A stretch of 59,548 nucleotides of DNA, filler included, from Perkinsus olseni (GCA_013115125.1; 3 parts of 3 records of this genome joined end to end with filler, not necessarily neighbours in it), one strand, 5' to 3'. Positions 25,401-39,105 are shown, counted from the whole stretch's first letter. A program made the numbers and translations. Notes: generated by a model from the letters alone, not told the origin.

Positions 25401-28400
25401 ATTTTTCAGGATATCGATCAAAGTGTTGATGACTTGAACAAAGCGATCGAGCTGAATTCCGCGGATACTGATGCCCATGACCATCTTGGATTGTCTCTGG
25501 TGAGTGACTGTTGATCGCGAAATGGATAGACGCGGATTGAACGAACTACGGTTTTTGTCACACGCCTCGGGGTTTCTATGTTTCGTGTATTCAGTTACTT
25601 TCACGTGATTATAAAGGGGCGTTGGGAGCTTTTACGAAGGCGGTTGTTGGTTGCACTACACCGGCGGAAGATGACAGGAAGGCGAGGTGAGCACAACGTA
25701 GATGACAATGGACTTCTGCTGTGAAACGCTATTTTTTAATGTATAACATGACACATTACTGGCTTAACGTTGGCTAGGCGTTAAGAGCAGTCGCCACTAG
25801 AGTGTTATTGCATGTTGAGGCGAAGTGCTACGACTACACGTCATGTTGTTGAAGTTTTATACAGCTTCCCGGTGATAGTTCGATTTATGGTCCATGGGTC
25901 GGTGCGTGGCGTGGTGGTTATTCTCTGTTGTGGTCTGTGAACACTCTCCAGGTTGTCCGGCGTCATCATTATATTGGAGATTCGGTTGTCCGTCCTTGGG
26001 CTCGGGAGGTCGCGCGCCACGAAATTATTTTGTTTTAAAGGTACTTGAACCACCGGGGATTGGTGCAGCATCAGTTGAAGGAATACGATAAGGCGCTGGA
26101 GGACTACACGGCGAGCCTTCGATTGAACCCGCATGAGGACAACACGTATTTTAACAGGTGAGAACTTTTCACTGCGCCACGAAAATATTTGGGCTGATAA
26201 GATGAGTGAACCTCGTCTTGCTCAGGGGGAACACATACTGTTTATTGGACGAGTACGAGAAAGCGATCGAGGACTATGACAAGGCGATGGCGATTGATCC
26301 GAAAAATGCCGAGTGAGTTTGCCTCAATTTCAGCGAGTGAAAAATTATGAATTTTTTTCTAAATTTTCTGGTGAGTTCGCCTGAAGGAGGGCCCGAATTT
26401 TGTAGAGACTAACCTTCTTTCGGCGTGACTGTGCAATGTAGATCGTTTTGGGACTGCTTTGCGGTCCGGAGACTGTTGGCCACTGCTTGATTGCTTGAAG
26501 TAGATCGAATGAGGGTACGAGCCTGAGTTGACCAGGCTCGTTGTGGCTTTCTTTGACTGAGCGCGTCAGCAGTGAGGGTCGGGATGAGGAGGACACGGCG
26601 TAGTCGTATGGACTTTATCCGTCAGTTTGTGTTCGGATTAGATGCTGTTCGAATGGTAGAGTTATCATAAGCGTTGTCTAGAGCAGGACTGTTGCGGGGG
26701 CGTGAGCGTGATTAGCATTCTGAAAATACTAGCGGACAGCTCTACTACCCGAAACTAACTGTACTCGTGAAACAACTTTGCATCAAACTGGAAATTATAG
26801 ACGAGTATTGTGGGAGGAAGTGAAGTTTAAGTAGCATGTTGAAAAATTGAAGAGAAGAGAAGAAAAAAAATCGGAAAAAAGTACGGAAAAACGGAGAGTA
26901 AAGAAAAAAAAGTACACACAAAAGCTGAAAGTGTGGAAAGGTTTTTCTGTAGCTTGCAAAGTTTACTTTGCACGACTCACCTTTCGTCTCAATGATGAGC
27001 GTGTTCGGGTTGATGTTGATTTACCAGATCTAGGGAAGCGTTTTATTTCTGTCAGGTACAGCCACTATAAGGGGTTAGCTCACGAGAACGCTGGCAGGAC
27101 CGAGGAGGCCATTGAGAGCTTCCAACTCGTTTTGGAGAAAGATGATACCTACTTGGCCGCGGAGTTGCATCTTGGCATGATGTGAGTGCTGGAGAGGGTT
27201 GACAAATTTTCCGGAATTTTCTGGGAGATTTCTGAGGCGAGAGATATTTTTACTCGTGTTGCGAAACCAATCGTCGTTTTAGCCTACTCACAGTTTTATG
27301 AATATCGGTTTGACTGTGATGGGGCTCATGCGTGTCCTGTTTGCTATGGACACAAAAGAACGAGCCGAGCGAAGTGTAGGCTGCAAAATTTTCCCGTCCA
27401 ATTCTCGCAAGAAAGATCCAAAAATCGCTGTTGTTTATTTTGAGTTTTTCTGGTGGATTTTTTGGTCGACCTCTTTTGGCGTATCTTTTGACTTTGTAAA
27501 AAGTCATCTCAATGTGCTAGGTATCGTAGAAGTCGTAAATTCGAGGACGCTCTGGCCTGCTTGATGGACGACCGTTTCGAGGCGGTCACTGACAAGCGAA
27601 TGCTGGGGCAAGTTTATGAGACTCGAGGCCTGATTTGTGGGGACATGGACAGGTGAAACTCGGCAGCGTCATTTGCGCACTGGAAAGATTCCTCATGGTT
27701 TGTTCATGCTCAGTCTAGAGGAATCTTTGGGTTATCTGGATAGGGCGATAGAAGTGGTGGAATCGGCGAGAAGAGAAGAAGATCCAGAATTGAAAGATGC
27801 GCTAGACGGAGCGTTGGGGGAGTATCTTTTCCATCGAGGTGTGGTGAGGTCGAAGCTCAAAAGATACGAAGAAGCTCTGGCGGACTTGCATGAGTAAGCC
27901 TGCCACAGCCTGGGCAGTGAGGATTTGGGGATGGCGTGGTATCATACCACACCATCACCAAATCCTCACAAATCTGGTATGTAGGCATGCGTTAGGTCGT
28001 TGAAGTTGTCGCCGAAGGACGCAGCGGCAGTGCTCAATGAGAGGGGTATGTGCTGGAAATATCTGGGCAACCTTCCCGAGGCGATATCTGACTTGTCAGC
28101 TGCCGTTGAGAAATCTGGTAAGTGAGCAAGATTGCAAGATTTCACCTCAACCTCGCTTTGTTCAGGAGGAACAGTACTGCAGTACCTGTGTAATCGTGCC
28201 CAGTGTTTCCTAGAGTTCGGTCTCTTCACCCGTGCGGACGATGACTTGTCCAAGGCGATTTCTATTGGTGGTACAGAGAGCCGAGGCAATTGTCTTTACT
28301 ACCGTCGTGGTGAGAGGGAGGGCCGTGACCGCGCGCCACGACATTCGGGGTGCTCTTGACCAACGTAGGTGTCGCCCGTTTCGTACAGCAGCGGTTCGAG

Positions 28401-30180
28401 GAGTCCATCAAAGACTTGCGGAAGGCGGTGCACTTGGACCCCCCACCGGAAGCCTCGATGGCAGATCTTTATTACCACCTTGGGCTCTGCGAGGTGAGTT
28501 GGAGGGGAGCTGTTATTAGTTCTACTCGAGAAATATTGAGAACAGTTGCGCGAGTTGTGGTATGTTGTTGGCATTGAGAAAATTCCACCGGAGGCGCATG
28601 TTCTTGACACTGCGCTCGCTTTGGAGAATGTCCTTCCTCGGTTTGGTGATGATTGGAAATTGGATTTTCGAGCGGTATGCTGCTGATAGCGACCTTCAGA
28701 AGAAACGCCTTCAAGTTGCACCATTCGAAGCATAGCATTTTTGAGGTTGATTTTCAATCGTTTGCTTTTGGTCTAGGACGAATATTATGATCGATTTCAG
28801 GCGAATGTTGGGACTAGGCCGCAGCGAGCTCTACACGCATTTACGAAAGCGATAAAGTGTCTGCCGAGTGAGGGGCCACCGAAGCCTCATTACATCCACG
28901 AGATGGCTAAGGCCTTGCAGATGTGTGGTGAACATGAGAAGGCCCTCAGAAATTTCAGTGAGGTAGGCGGAGGGAACTGGCACTTGTTCGAAGCACAACT
29001 GAGGGAGTAGGGGTGTTGGAATCTTGCACACTTGAAATTCCTTAAGAAGTGAATATTTTCTGATAGGAATTCCGTTGTCAGCTAGCGTCGGCGAGAGCTG
29101 CGGCATGAACCACGTTCGCAGGGCCGCTGTGAGGTGCCCGTGCTCGACTCTTTGCTGCTTCGCTCAGCCTAGTGATGCATCATTATCAGGTCCTCCGATG
29201 GCAGCCGTTGAACGCGCGGGCGATGTTCCGGAGGGCGTTTAGTTTTAAAGCGCTGAAGATGTTTGACGAGGCGGCAGAGGACTTCGAAGCAGCTCGGGAA
29301 CTGGAGCCCAACGACATGCGATTTGTGGTGAACTACAAGAAGATAGCCGACTACGAGGCGGTCACGTTGGGGCCCGCGGGATACGAGGTCAGTTTGATGC
29401 TCCCTCTGCACAATGAACGCGTGATATATGCAAAAATATAGATTATAGAGAGATTATATGCTCGCCCGAATCTCGTTTTTTTGAGAAATTAAAAAATTTA
29501 CCAATATTTACTCACGTGTTTTTCCTCGCCAAAATTTTCTCGCGTTTTTTCATTCTAAAATTGACTCACGTTTTTTTGTTTTTTACGCTGAAATTTACTC
29601 ACGCTTTTCTGTTTTTTCGCTAAGATTTGCTCACTTTTTTTGTTTTTTATGCTGAAATTTACTCACGTGTTTGTATTATTCGTAGAAATTTAACATACAG
29701 CACAAATCAGACGGTTCTTGTGAAGGAGCGAAGCCTTCCTCGAGAATCTTCCGAAGCCGGTCCTAAAAGCGAATACAGCCTCACTTCGCTAGTGCTGTAC
29801 TAGTGCAATCACTGGAACTCGACAGTATTTAGTGATTCTGGCGGGTCCCTTAGTAGTAAACATCACGATGAGAAAGGGCACTACTAGAGCTAGAGGTCAT
29901 GTGGATTGTGGCCCACACAGTCACAACTAGAGTTCCCTGGCATCGACTGGGGTCTACTTTCTCCGGTACGACCAAGTTGAAGTTGATGTTATGATTTGTT
30001 CTGGTGGCGCTTTGATCGAGCTGTTCACGGTGTAGTTGGCTCTCGCCTCGCTCTCAGGACCAGATACCCTACAGGGATGCCAAGGCTTCGGCGGTGCCGA
30101 GTTTGGATCGTGGGTTGGCCAAGTATAATGAGCTCGTGGCGGAGGTTGATGACGACGATGACGATGATGATGATCTGTGA
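22430..30180 (+). CDS. Tetratricopeptide-repeat protein, ~16 or more exons
   Basis: Exons encode successive TPRs: AFYSLRGKAF, YLNHRGLVQHQLKEYDKALEDY, YFNRGNTYCLLDEYEKAIEDY, AMFRRAFSFKALKMFDEAAEDF. Probable last exon 30058-30180 ends DDDDDDL*. Confidence 0.88.
29500..29673 (+). repeat. Degenerate ~30 bp T-rich tandem repeat, about 6 units, in the last TPR intron
   Basis: Recurring aaatttactcacg(t/c)ttttt units. Confidence 0.75.
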
Positions 30181-30795
30181 TGATTGGTTGGCATGTTTAT
30201 AGTGGCTGCTCAATGTTCGTCGATGTTGCACCGTGTCAGACACGATGTGGAAAGATACTTTTTTGGTGTTGATTGAGTGTGTTAATCATGATTTGTGGAT
30301 GGTGTGGTATGAACTAGGAGAAGTTGGTGTAAAACGAGAGAGTTGGACTGGGTTGTCGAGAGAAAAGACAGTTGTACTTTAGCCGAGGGTCGGCTCGAGT
30401 GTGGTTGGAAGACGGTCAGTAGGTGATTACACAGAAGTGAGACGTGAAGTTCAATCTTCTCGATGTGTGTGTGAATTCAAAGTCCACCGCGGACAGAACG
30501 GCTTAGTTAGACTATTACCAACGATGTATCACCTGAGGAGGATTAGTTCTCGATGAGTTGTGCCATCTATTGGTATGGAGTTGGTGTCTGGCTAGTCCAT
30601 TGTTATGATAGCGACAAGCTGGCCTTGGCATGGTCTACTGTGCGCTGTTGTTATCGTCGTAGATGTCAATGATGAGGGAGAGCTTCTCAGTCGGTGTGAG
30701 CTCTTCTCAACAGCCCACGTTATTGTACTACGGCGCTTGATGTTGTGGACGGGTGGAATCCGAGCAATCCTTTTTTAAGTATCATTTATGTACTG

Positions 30796-31435
30796 ATGGC
30801 CGTCGCTGCCGCTAAGGCTGGGCCTGCGTCCAAGGTGAGAGCTTGCTGCCAGGCCTCAGCGACGAAGACCCGCTTGTTCTCAGGGTAACCGATCCCGCCG
30901 ACGACAGACCCTTCGGGAGAGTCTGGACCGAGCGAACGAGCTAAGGGAATCGGTCGAGAAGAAGTACGGTGTCGGACGGCGAGGGTCTGGCAAGTCTCAT
31001 GACGTTAAGCTTGTCGTCTGCGGAGAGGGGCTGGTGGGGGGTCGATCGAGGAGCAGGACGCCCCCGCAGACCAGGGCGGCGAAGTCACCGAGATTCACTC
31101 GAGAGACCGAGGGCTCGACGAAGGATCCGACGGAACGGTTTTGGAGTGCGCTGGAAGGGAAGATAGTTGAGCACCGGGTTCAGCACATCATGCCCGAGGA
31201 ACACGCCAAGCAAGCATTCATCGATCGAAGTGTATCACCTCCAAGGCGTCCTGTTGCGGAAACGACCCCGAAAGTGCAGGCGAGCGCGCCTGAGCCGGAA
31301 GAAGCGGCGCGGCGGTCATCAGCAGACAACAATGAAGTGGAAGTTAGTAGTGAGATCTCGTCTCTGGTGCGACAACTGCGGGAAGATCGTGATGGTGGTG
31401 GTGATGGACGGGAGGGGTCTGTGGAAGATGTGGGC

Positions 31436-31477
<42 letters not shown>

Positions 31478-31552
31478 ATCCTGGAGCGGTGGCGGGCTAG
31501 GCGTAAGGGCCTAGGGATAGTATTCGACTCAGTGGATACGGTGATAGAAGAA

Positions 31553-31592
<40 letters not shown>

Positions 31593-32431
31593 CGGGTGGT
31601 GCGGAGAGGGTGTTGGAGAGGATAAGGAAACGGCTGGGGAGGGTGGAGGCACCGACGGCCTCAACACACAAAGCGTCGATGTCGCCGAGCCGCATTGTGA
31701 GACGACTTCTGCGTAGACATGAGAGACTGGAAAACTCACTGGTGCTGACTTCTTCATCCTCGTCGTCTACGTTTACATCATCGGCTAGGCAGTCGTCGTC
31801 GTCGTTGCCTGGATGTGCCTCGACGGCAAGGCCGTCACCAGCAGTTGAGAGTGTTGTCCCGTCGATCGATCTGTTGGGTAGCCCACGGATGGGTGAGCAG
31901 AGAGCGCCGTCGATATTGGAGTCAGCTGCGGCAGCGAGTATCAGCTTTGAGCTGACTCCACGGGAACCCTCGCAGCAGCCTCGAACAGGGTCGATGGACT
32001 CGCTGGCTTTGAGTGCGGATGAGGAGGTTGAGAGACCGATGTCACTCATGAACTTGATAGAGTTCGAAGATGCTCCGCAGACTGTCGAGAGAAGCCGCCT
32101 GCCACGGGATGATAGTCCCTCAATGGCCTCACCGGCAGCGGTGGAAGTCAGTGCGATTGACTGTGGTGTGCAGGTTACCCCTGAGATGATCGACTGTGCT
32201 GTACAAGTGGATCTGCTTGATGCACCGCTCGGCATGGCCGGTCGGCGGAGGTCCTTTTCGGGACCGGTTTCGAGGCGAAGAGCGTTGTCGCAAGACTCGG
32301 GTACTCGTAGTGCGGCAACCGGGCGTGCACAACACGATGGAAGCGGTGGTGTGATGCTGAGCTGTGAGGATGCGTACACTCGAGCTCGGGAGGAGTTCAG
32401 AGCGCTGGTCGCTGAGTTCCTGGATAGATGA
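30796..32431 (+). CDS. Low-complexity disordered hypothetical protein with poly-Asp tracts; 3' end may be spliced further
   Basis: MAVAAAKAGPASK, a short intron, then a continuous frame joining ORF 31034-32431. Confidence 0.7.
31436..31591 (+). repeat. Two coding microsatellites: (GAT)14 at 31436-31477 and (GAT)13 at 31553-31591
   Basis: Perfect GAT runs read directly. Confidence 0.95.
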
Positions 32432-33287
32432 TATGAATTCAATGCTGATACCATTGCGGGTCGCTTCACGGCAAGAGAGTATTTTGAGTTGAACATAGTC
32501 AGGTCGGCAGGCCTGCTGGGGGCCCTGGGTGTGAGGACCAGGCCTGGCTGGTAGCTGCCCTTGTGCGAGGCCTGGTGTGAGTTTGTGATCGCCATTCTTG
32601 CCATACACGCACAACAGTCATTAACGGGCACATCCGGGCACCATGATTATCGTGAGTTTCCCGAGCTGCTGTCAAGGCATTCCCACTGGGACCTCTGGAG
32701 CATAGGAAGCCCCGGAATCGATGTCGTGGAACCCTACTGTGGTGGCGTAGGGCCTACCAACACCAACTGGGGCAGTGTGATGATCGAATGGGGAGAGTGC
32801 TGATGAGGAGGGGATGGAGGGCTTCGACGGACCGTACGAATGAAGTCTTGGTCAGCTGTTCTGGGCGACCTTGTAGGTCGAACTCGACTCGTGTCTGGAT
32901 GCGCGCTAAATGCGAAAGGGTAGCCTCGAGTGAAACAGAAACCACTCGAGAGAGAGAAGAGGAGCTCCCCACACTCCTTCGATGGTTCGTTCGCTCCACG
33001 CCGAACGCCTCTTGAGTCCAATCGTAGCACTTCGCCACCTACTGAAGCCGCTGTTGTCCCAAACGCTGGGCTGTTTGCCGTATCATAGATCCCCGTGTTG
33101 CCGCAGAGGCCTCGCCATGCAGTCCATCTCTGGTGAAGCTTCCTTGTCACCAATAGCCTGAAACCTGTACGCGCACTCAAACTCTGTCACAGCCCATATC
33201 GATTACCGGGGCCTTCGCTACTGCAACCGCCAGCACGGCGTCACGCGAATCGCTGTCGGACCATTCCCACAGAACCTCTCCTTTACG

Positions 33288-34577
33288 ATGAAAGGCGAGC
33301 TCGAAGCAAGGCCTTCACTCTATGCCGCAGACATGGTCGTGAACCCTCAGGGTTGTTCGGACTACCGAGGCGTTGCTAACATCGTTATGACGGCTGTTGG
33401 TGTTGGCGTATTGGCCTTACCCAACGCCGTTGCTTTCGGTGGATGGATAGCCGCTCCCTTACTATTAGTACTGTCCTGGGCGTTAACACATTTCCAAATG
33501 TGTTTACTGTGGAAGTGCCTCTTCATGAACCCTTCCCGCAAGCAAATGCAATCGTACGAGGAAGTCGGTCGGGCCTGCTTCGGACGAGTTGGTCAAGTTG
33601 CGGTAGCAGTATGTCTTTATGGCGGTATCTTTTGTATCTGTTCTCTGATCATGATACTTCTCGGTAGTTCTCTTCACAATCTAGCCCCGAGTTTGAGCCG
33701 TTCACTGTGGATTGTCATTTCCGTGGCATTGATGTTGCCCTTCGCCTGGTTGCCGACCTTCAAGCGCGTGGGTGTCATTGCTGCTATAGGTGTAGCAGCA
33801 ACAACAGTCGTTGCGATTTCTGTCATCATAGCCGGTGCCCGGGAAGCAGCCGGTCCCGATGATCATGAGCACGTATTGGGCCCACAGGGCATTGGTGGGC
33901 TCGGCCTTGCCTTCACCAATTTCATGAATAGTTTTACCTGCGCTCCGGTCATCCCAGGGTTGATAGCCGAGATGAAAAACCCGGCCACTTTCCCGCGAGT
34001 TGCCATGTGGTCTTTTCTCACTATAACTGTGGTTTTCGGCAGCATTGGGTTCGCTGGATACGCTGGCTGGGGCATTGACATGCTAAAGTTCGACTTGATT
34101 GTCGATGCTGTGGCGTCATCTGCGGGAAAGGGTGATTGGGTGAACTACATAGTTCAAATATCGATTCTTATTGTTTCCTTTACACATCTACTGGTATTAT
34201 TCGCCCCGCTCGGGAAGGCGAGCGATCGAGCTCTATCCTGTTTCCGGAAGAACAATACGATGCACTGGACAATACTACTGACCGGAAGAAGTGTTGTTTT
34301 TCTGGCTGCTATGGGTTTGGCCCTTCTAGTACCGGGTTTTGGTTCGCTGTTCAACCTCGTGGGCTCTACAATCGTAATGTTTTTGCAAATTCTTTTTCCG
34401 AGCTCATTTTTCCTGAGATTGTTATATCTTGGTTCGAAGGAAGGCATACCTCTGCCATTCAAGTCAAATTTGCAATATAAGATTCATGTAACGGTAGTCG
34501 TATTATGTATTCTCCTAGGTCTCTTCGGATTAGTCCTGGGGACCTATCAAGCGATCGATGCTCTGGCATCCAAGTAG
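33288..34577 (+). CDS. Amino acid transporter, AAAP/Aa_trans family, intronless
   Basis: NIVMTAVGVGVLALPNA, SYEEVGRACFG, EMKNPATF; about 11 hydrophobic segments. Confidence 0.93.
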   Translation: MKGELEARPSLYAADMVVNPQGCSDYRGVANIVMTAVGVGVLALPNAVAFGGWIAAPLLLVLSWALTHFQMCLLWKCLFMNPSRKQMQSYEEVGRACFGRVGQVAVAVCLYGGIFCICSLIMILLGSSLHNLAPSLSRSLWIVISVALMLPFAWLPTFKRVGVIAAIGVAATTVVAISVIIAGAREAAGPDDHEHVLGPQGIGGLGLAFTNFMNSFTCAPVIPGLIAEMKNPATFPRVAMWSFLTITVVFGSIGFAGYAGWGIDMLKFDLIVDAVASSAGKGDWVNYIVQISILIVSFTHLLVLFAPLGKASDRALSCFRKNNTMHWTILLTGRSVVFLAAMGLALLVPGFGSLFNLVGSTIVMFLQILFPSSFFLRLLYLGSKEGIPLPFKSNLQYKIHVTVVVLCILLGLFGLVLGTYQAIDALASK

Positions 34578-35734
34578 CTAGAACGTGGTATTGTAGAGGA
34601 CTTTTGGTCCTTTACTGTTTGGTCGTCGCTCACTTCAATTTTGCCACTGACCAATTTCTGGGTAACCATCCTTCTTCTTCTCGTCAAAGCCTCGAGTTTA
34701 TGGCCTAGCTGAACATCATGCGAACCACTAAACCTATTCGCATCGTACTCTTTCATAGAGCGGGAAAGTCGCAGTAAATAATGACGCTGGAAACGAGTCT
34801 CGTTATGAAACTGTGCATGCAGAGAATGGGAAGGGCCGTTAGAGATGGTGTATCCTCCAGGAGCTCGACCACCACGACCAGGACGGGGCGACCACGAAAA
34901 GCCATGGAAAATTGACCAGCGATTCGCGATCGAGGGGCTCGACTTGGTAATTCATCAAGTCTTGGTTAATGCCACGTTTTACCGATGATAAAGCATCACA
35001 CAGGGGGCGGCCAGCAAACCCCTGAACGAACGGAGAAGATCATCAAAAAACGTCAAAAGCTAGAGACCACAGCAAAAACCATGACAAAAGACCACTATGG
35101 TGACTCGCGATGCGTGAGAAAAGTGAGGCCTTGCTCGGGAGGCAGAGCCGGGGAGAGGAGGTTCGGCACGAGTAAGATACCCGATGTAACTAAAATTTTT
35201 GTGGTAGAATCATCTTGGCTGTCAACAAACTCGACACCTTTTTCCTCGTTCTTAGTACTATCATTACCCTGCTGAGAAGACGGCATAGATAAGAGGAAGT
35301 AATACGAATGGGAAATCCAACTTGATAGAAGATACATGATCTGAAATACTCATCTCACGATTATCACAATCAATAGTATAGTAATACCCACTCGTCTTCG
35401 TCATACTCCTAGCTTCAGTTTTGCTGAGGAATCTTAGTTGTGTTCGTATCGTAATGAAATCACACAAACTAAAGAAAAACAGCACCGCTCAGTTACTACG
35501 AGAGACGAGAGATGAAGGATAATACAAAGACTCTGCTATCCTCTACACTCTCGTGAACGCGTGAACGCCAGAGTCGTCGTAATCCAGAGAAAGCGTCTTG
35601 AAGATCAGGATTCCACCGGATGCCAGTGAAACTGGACAATTTCTCACTAGAGGCAGAGACGTTGCCGGATTTCGAGCTCAAATAGAGCACAGATTGATTG
35701 AAGACGGTCGTGAGGAGAGCAGGCCGCTTGAACT

Positions 35735-36280
35735 TCAAGCCTGGAAGTCTTTAATGATCGCTAGTTCATTGATCTGAGCTGGTGGTAGTGGGAAGCGCTG
35801 CAATGGACTTCTCTGCAGGAGAACTATGAGCCCGCGAGACCTGAGCGACGTGAAAGCGTCCCAGAGCCTCCAACACAGGTGTGGGCGGGAAGGGTTTAAA
35901 TTGGAATCAACTGCAACGGACAAGATACTGTACCTTGTAGACGAAGACTCTGTCTCAGAGTAGCGGTTGAAGCACTCAACCATCTCGCCTCCCCAGAGCT
36001 CACAAAAGGTTGAACCTTTAAGGGTCGCGAACCTGACAGTGCTATTGGCTCTGTCTTCAAACTTGACGCGCCTAATTCGTAACCGGTACTTAGGTTCGCT
36101 CCAAACATCAACCTTCCACGTTGGGGAGTCCCCAGTGGGAACTCGAGTGAGGACCCCCGCGGAGATGGTACGAAGCTCCGGACTATCGTCAACCGGTGGA
36201 CGGAGTACACCAACAGTTCAAATGGGAGTTGGAGCGACATACGCATTAATGCGACCCTTGAACGAGAGCCACTGAGATGA
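35735..36280 (-). pseudogene. Possible degraded hypothetical gene fragment
   Basis: A long coding-like minus frame runs into ORF 35735-35983 with an upstream in-frame stop. No family recognised. Confidence 0.25.
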
Positions 36281-36484
36281 GTCATCTCAGATGAACCGCA
36301 GCGCGCTTCCCCGAAGCATTGACCAACAGACATGCGGCGTTGAAGTGATCGATTGTTACAGAAAAGTTGGTATAAATATTCCACTAATATATCACACCAA
36401 GGACGACGACAATGACGAGGGTAGACTGCATGTAATGGTCGGCATTGTTCTGCGAGCACTGTCAAATTCTCAACTGTTGGGCCA

Positions 36485-37999
36485 CTAACGACACTCCACT
36501 GGAGGGACCCCAGATTTTTGATGAATAATAGCAGCAGCGTGGACTCTACGGTAGAAGGGTATCATGAGCAGACAACAAACAGCTCCGACTAGGGATAGGC
36601 CAATGAGGAAATAGTAGTAGTAATCGTAATGCGAGCCGACCATGGACTCTTCGGGTTCCTCAAAATCAAAGTTTGGGAGCCAAGGGGACGCTACTTGGAA
36701 AACCGCAGCGGAGAGACTATTGGCGATTGCCATGAAGCAGAGGTTCACAGCAGACGCAACAGCCTTGAGCTCCGGTGGGGCATGAGTGAAGGCAACCTCG
36801 TAGCTCGTTGAGATGACGAAAATCTCACCAGCGGCAATGGAAACAAATTGGGGAACTTGCCACCATATTGAAACGGTGAAAAGGGGATGCGCCATGATTA
36901 CATACTCCCCGATAAGAGCGCAAAGTAGGGCCAATGCGCCCAGCAGAGTGCCAATGAAAAACCGGACTAATACAGAAGGCATTTTGCTATGCCTGCGCAA
37001 GCATGGATAGAGGAGTCGGTCTAACAATACAGAGATGACCACGACCGCGATGGGGTCCACATTCCGCATCAGAGCTGCTGGCATGGTCCAACCAAAGGTG
37101 TTACGATCCATCTTAAAGGCCTGTGTTAGGAAGGCAGTAGTCATGTTAGCGCACACCATGTTAAAGGGGATGACCAAAGCAAGTAGAGGGAGCAAATGAA
37201 AAAAGACTTTGGCGTCTTCGATAAAGTCATCCTTGAATTTTCCTCCCTGGCTCTCCTTGTTCTTCTCTACTGAGCATCGAGCAATGGAGTAGACAACAAC
37301 CTTACAAATCTGCAACACGGCAGACCCTTGTGGCTTAGCCTTCACGTAGCGGTTCATGAAATCGCCAAAAACAAAGACTACGGTAGCCAGCACGAAGCAG
37401 GCCAGAATGAAGACAAAGCTTGTCGTGAAGTTGATCTGCTGTATCAGGATCGGGCTAACGATACCCCCAATGATGGCACCCAGATTGATTGAGGCGAAAA
37501 AGTATGTGAAAAAGTTAGTTATCAGCTCCTTATGCTCATCAGGATGCATCTGCTGAGCTCCCATCACGTTGACGCAGCTTTTGATACCACCAGCACCGAC
37601 CGTGATGAGCCCGAGCAACGACAAGTGCACCATCCAGGGCTCGGTGATTGAGTGAATAGACGATAAAGTGAGAATGACAAGGCCCAGCATGTAGTGCAAT
37701 GAGAAGCCAAGAATGGTATAGTACACACCGGCAAGCGTGTCGGCTATGATGCCGGCTAGGAGGGGGGTAACATACAGGATGGCAACGAAAATGGAGACAT
37801 ACGCGTCAGCTTGCGCATCCTCGTAATGAAGATACTCCTTGAGAAAGAGCTGAAGGTTCGAAATGAGTCCATAGAATGCCAGCCTCTCACAGAACTCCTG
37901 CATGAGTATGAAAGTACAGGCCACCCATATGGGGTTATCATAGTAGTGATAAGTGTTACCGGTTCGATCTGTCCACGAGAACGGTTTGTTGGAGGGCAT
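36485..37999 (-). CDS. Proton-dependent oligopeptide transporter (POT/PTR), intronless
   Basis: ExxER motif EFCERLAFYG, GIIADTLAG, GAGGIKSCVNVMGAQQ, FFTYFFASINLGA. Confidence 0.95.
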   Translation of the reverse strand: MPSNKPFSWTDRTGNTYHYYDNPIWVACTFILMQEFCERLAFYGLISNLQLFLKEYLHYEDAQADAYVSIFVAILYVTPLLAGIIADTLAGVYYTILGFSLHYMLGLVILTLSSIHSITEPWMVHLSLLGLITVGAGGIKSCVNVMGAQQMHPDEHKELITNFFTYFFASINLGAIIGGIVSPILIQQINFTTSFVFILACFVLATVVFVFGDFMNRYVKAKPQGSAVLQICKVVVYSIARCSVEKNKESQGGKFKDDFIEDAKVFFHLLPLLALVIPFNMVCANMTTAFLTQAFKMDRNTFGWTMPAALMRNVDPIAVVVISVLLDRLLYPCLRRHSKMPSVLVRFFIGTLLGALALLCALIGEYVIMAHPLFTVSIWWQVPQFVSIAAGEIFVISTSYEVAFTHAPPELKAVASAVNLCFMAIANSLSAAVFQVASPWLPNFDFEEPEESMVGSHYDYYYYFLIGLSLVGAVCCLLMIPFYRRVHAAAIIHQKSGVPPVECR

Positions 38000-38612
38000 G
38001 CTGGGTCACAAAATAGCTGAGCCTACGAGGCGGAATGGTAGTGAAAATTCCCCTCTTCTGCTGCCCCAGTGCGAACTACCGGCCAGAATCCATCTGGTAC
38101 CGACGTCACGTCGGCGACGGGCCCGGTCATACTGAAGACAGAACAATGGCGAAGTTTGCTGTTTCTGGTTCCTGCCCGTACGAATAGCAGTTGATATTTC
38201 CTTGTTGCTGTCTTCTCGATGCACATAATGGCAGCTGCGATTGCATGATAGCGCTGCTCTGCATACGGAACCGCGAGGAGTTTTGAGGCTAAGCACACTG
38301 CGCTTTGTACGGAAGCGCAGTAGTGCCGAATTGTATAATCTGAGAGTGAGTTTTTACATTTTAGCGCGGAGCTCTTTTTAGAGACCACAGTGCTCTCTCT
38401 CAGGTTGTGGCGGGTTTGTGTACTTGAGCAGCATGTTATTATGCTCCAAGTTCCGAATATACGAACAGTGTTCGAGGAGGCGCGGCATATTTCCCTTCAC
38501 TCACGAACACTCAGAAGGAAGAACACAGAATCAGAATTTTCGCACACGCATTAATTCTCCTTATACTTACCTTTCTGCCTACTCGTATTGACCTGCTTAG
38601 ATACTTAACCAG

Positions 38613-39105
38613 TGTAACACCGGCTGTTCTAGAACCCGGCGGCGCGTATGGAGGACGCTTACGGGATCCTGGACTCTGGAACAGTGACCTAGATACCGAT
38701 ACGTAAATCTGTTATTCAACTCATTATGTTATGGACTCCGCTGTGGCCACGTGCTAAGGTTTGACCCGCACAAGGGGCCTGTGCTGGTGTCTAATACCTA
38801 AAAACGTGACGCTCCGATTCTCTTGCTCATGTCTCCTCGGGCTTCTTTCGGTAGTAGTTGGCGACTCGGCCTGAGGCCGTGAGCCAAGTTTTCGGCTCAC
38901 CCTCCCACGTCAGTGGCGTGACGCCACGGTGGAGGTGATGGGCTAGTCGGCGTCTAGCTGTAAGACTCGCCATCATCTCGCAGAACTGGCTTGCATACCG
39001 CACCACAGCTCGCAGCCTTGTCGCGGTACTGGACGTGAGCCTCCCATCGGGATGGACTCTGGTGCCAGGTTTACGGGCCGCAGGTTGCTATTTGGTGGTT
39101 CGGTC
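38613..39105 (+). mobile_element. Possible LTR-like sequence followed by a PBS-like motif
   Basis: Begins TGTAACA and ends gttgcta, followed by TGGTGGTTCGG. No second copy, and the canonical CA end is missing. Confidence 0.25.

Noticed and set aside
29500-29673. CRISPR-like array
   Set aside because: Degenerate tandem units without unique spacers, in a eukaryotic intron.
31180-32631. 483 aa minus-strand ORF
   Set aside because: Antisense shadow of the low-complexity plus-strand gene; its poly-Ser comes from the (GAT)n runs.
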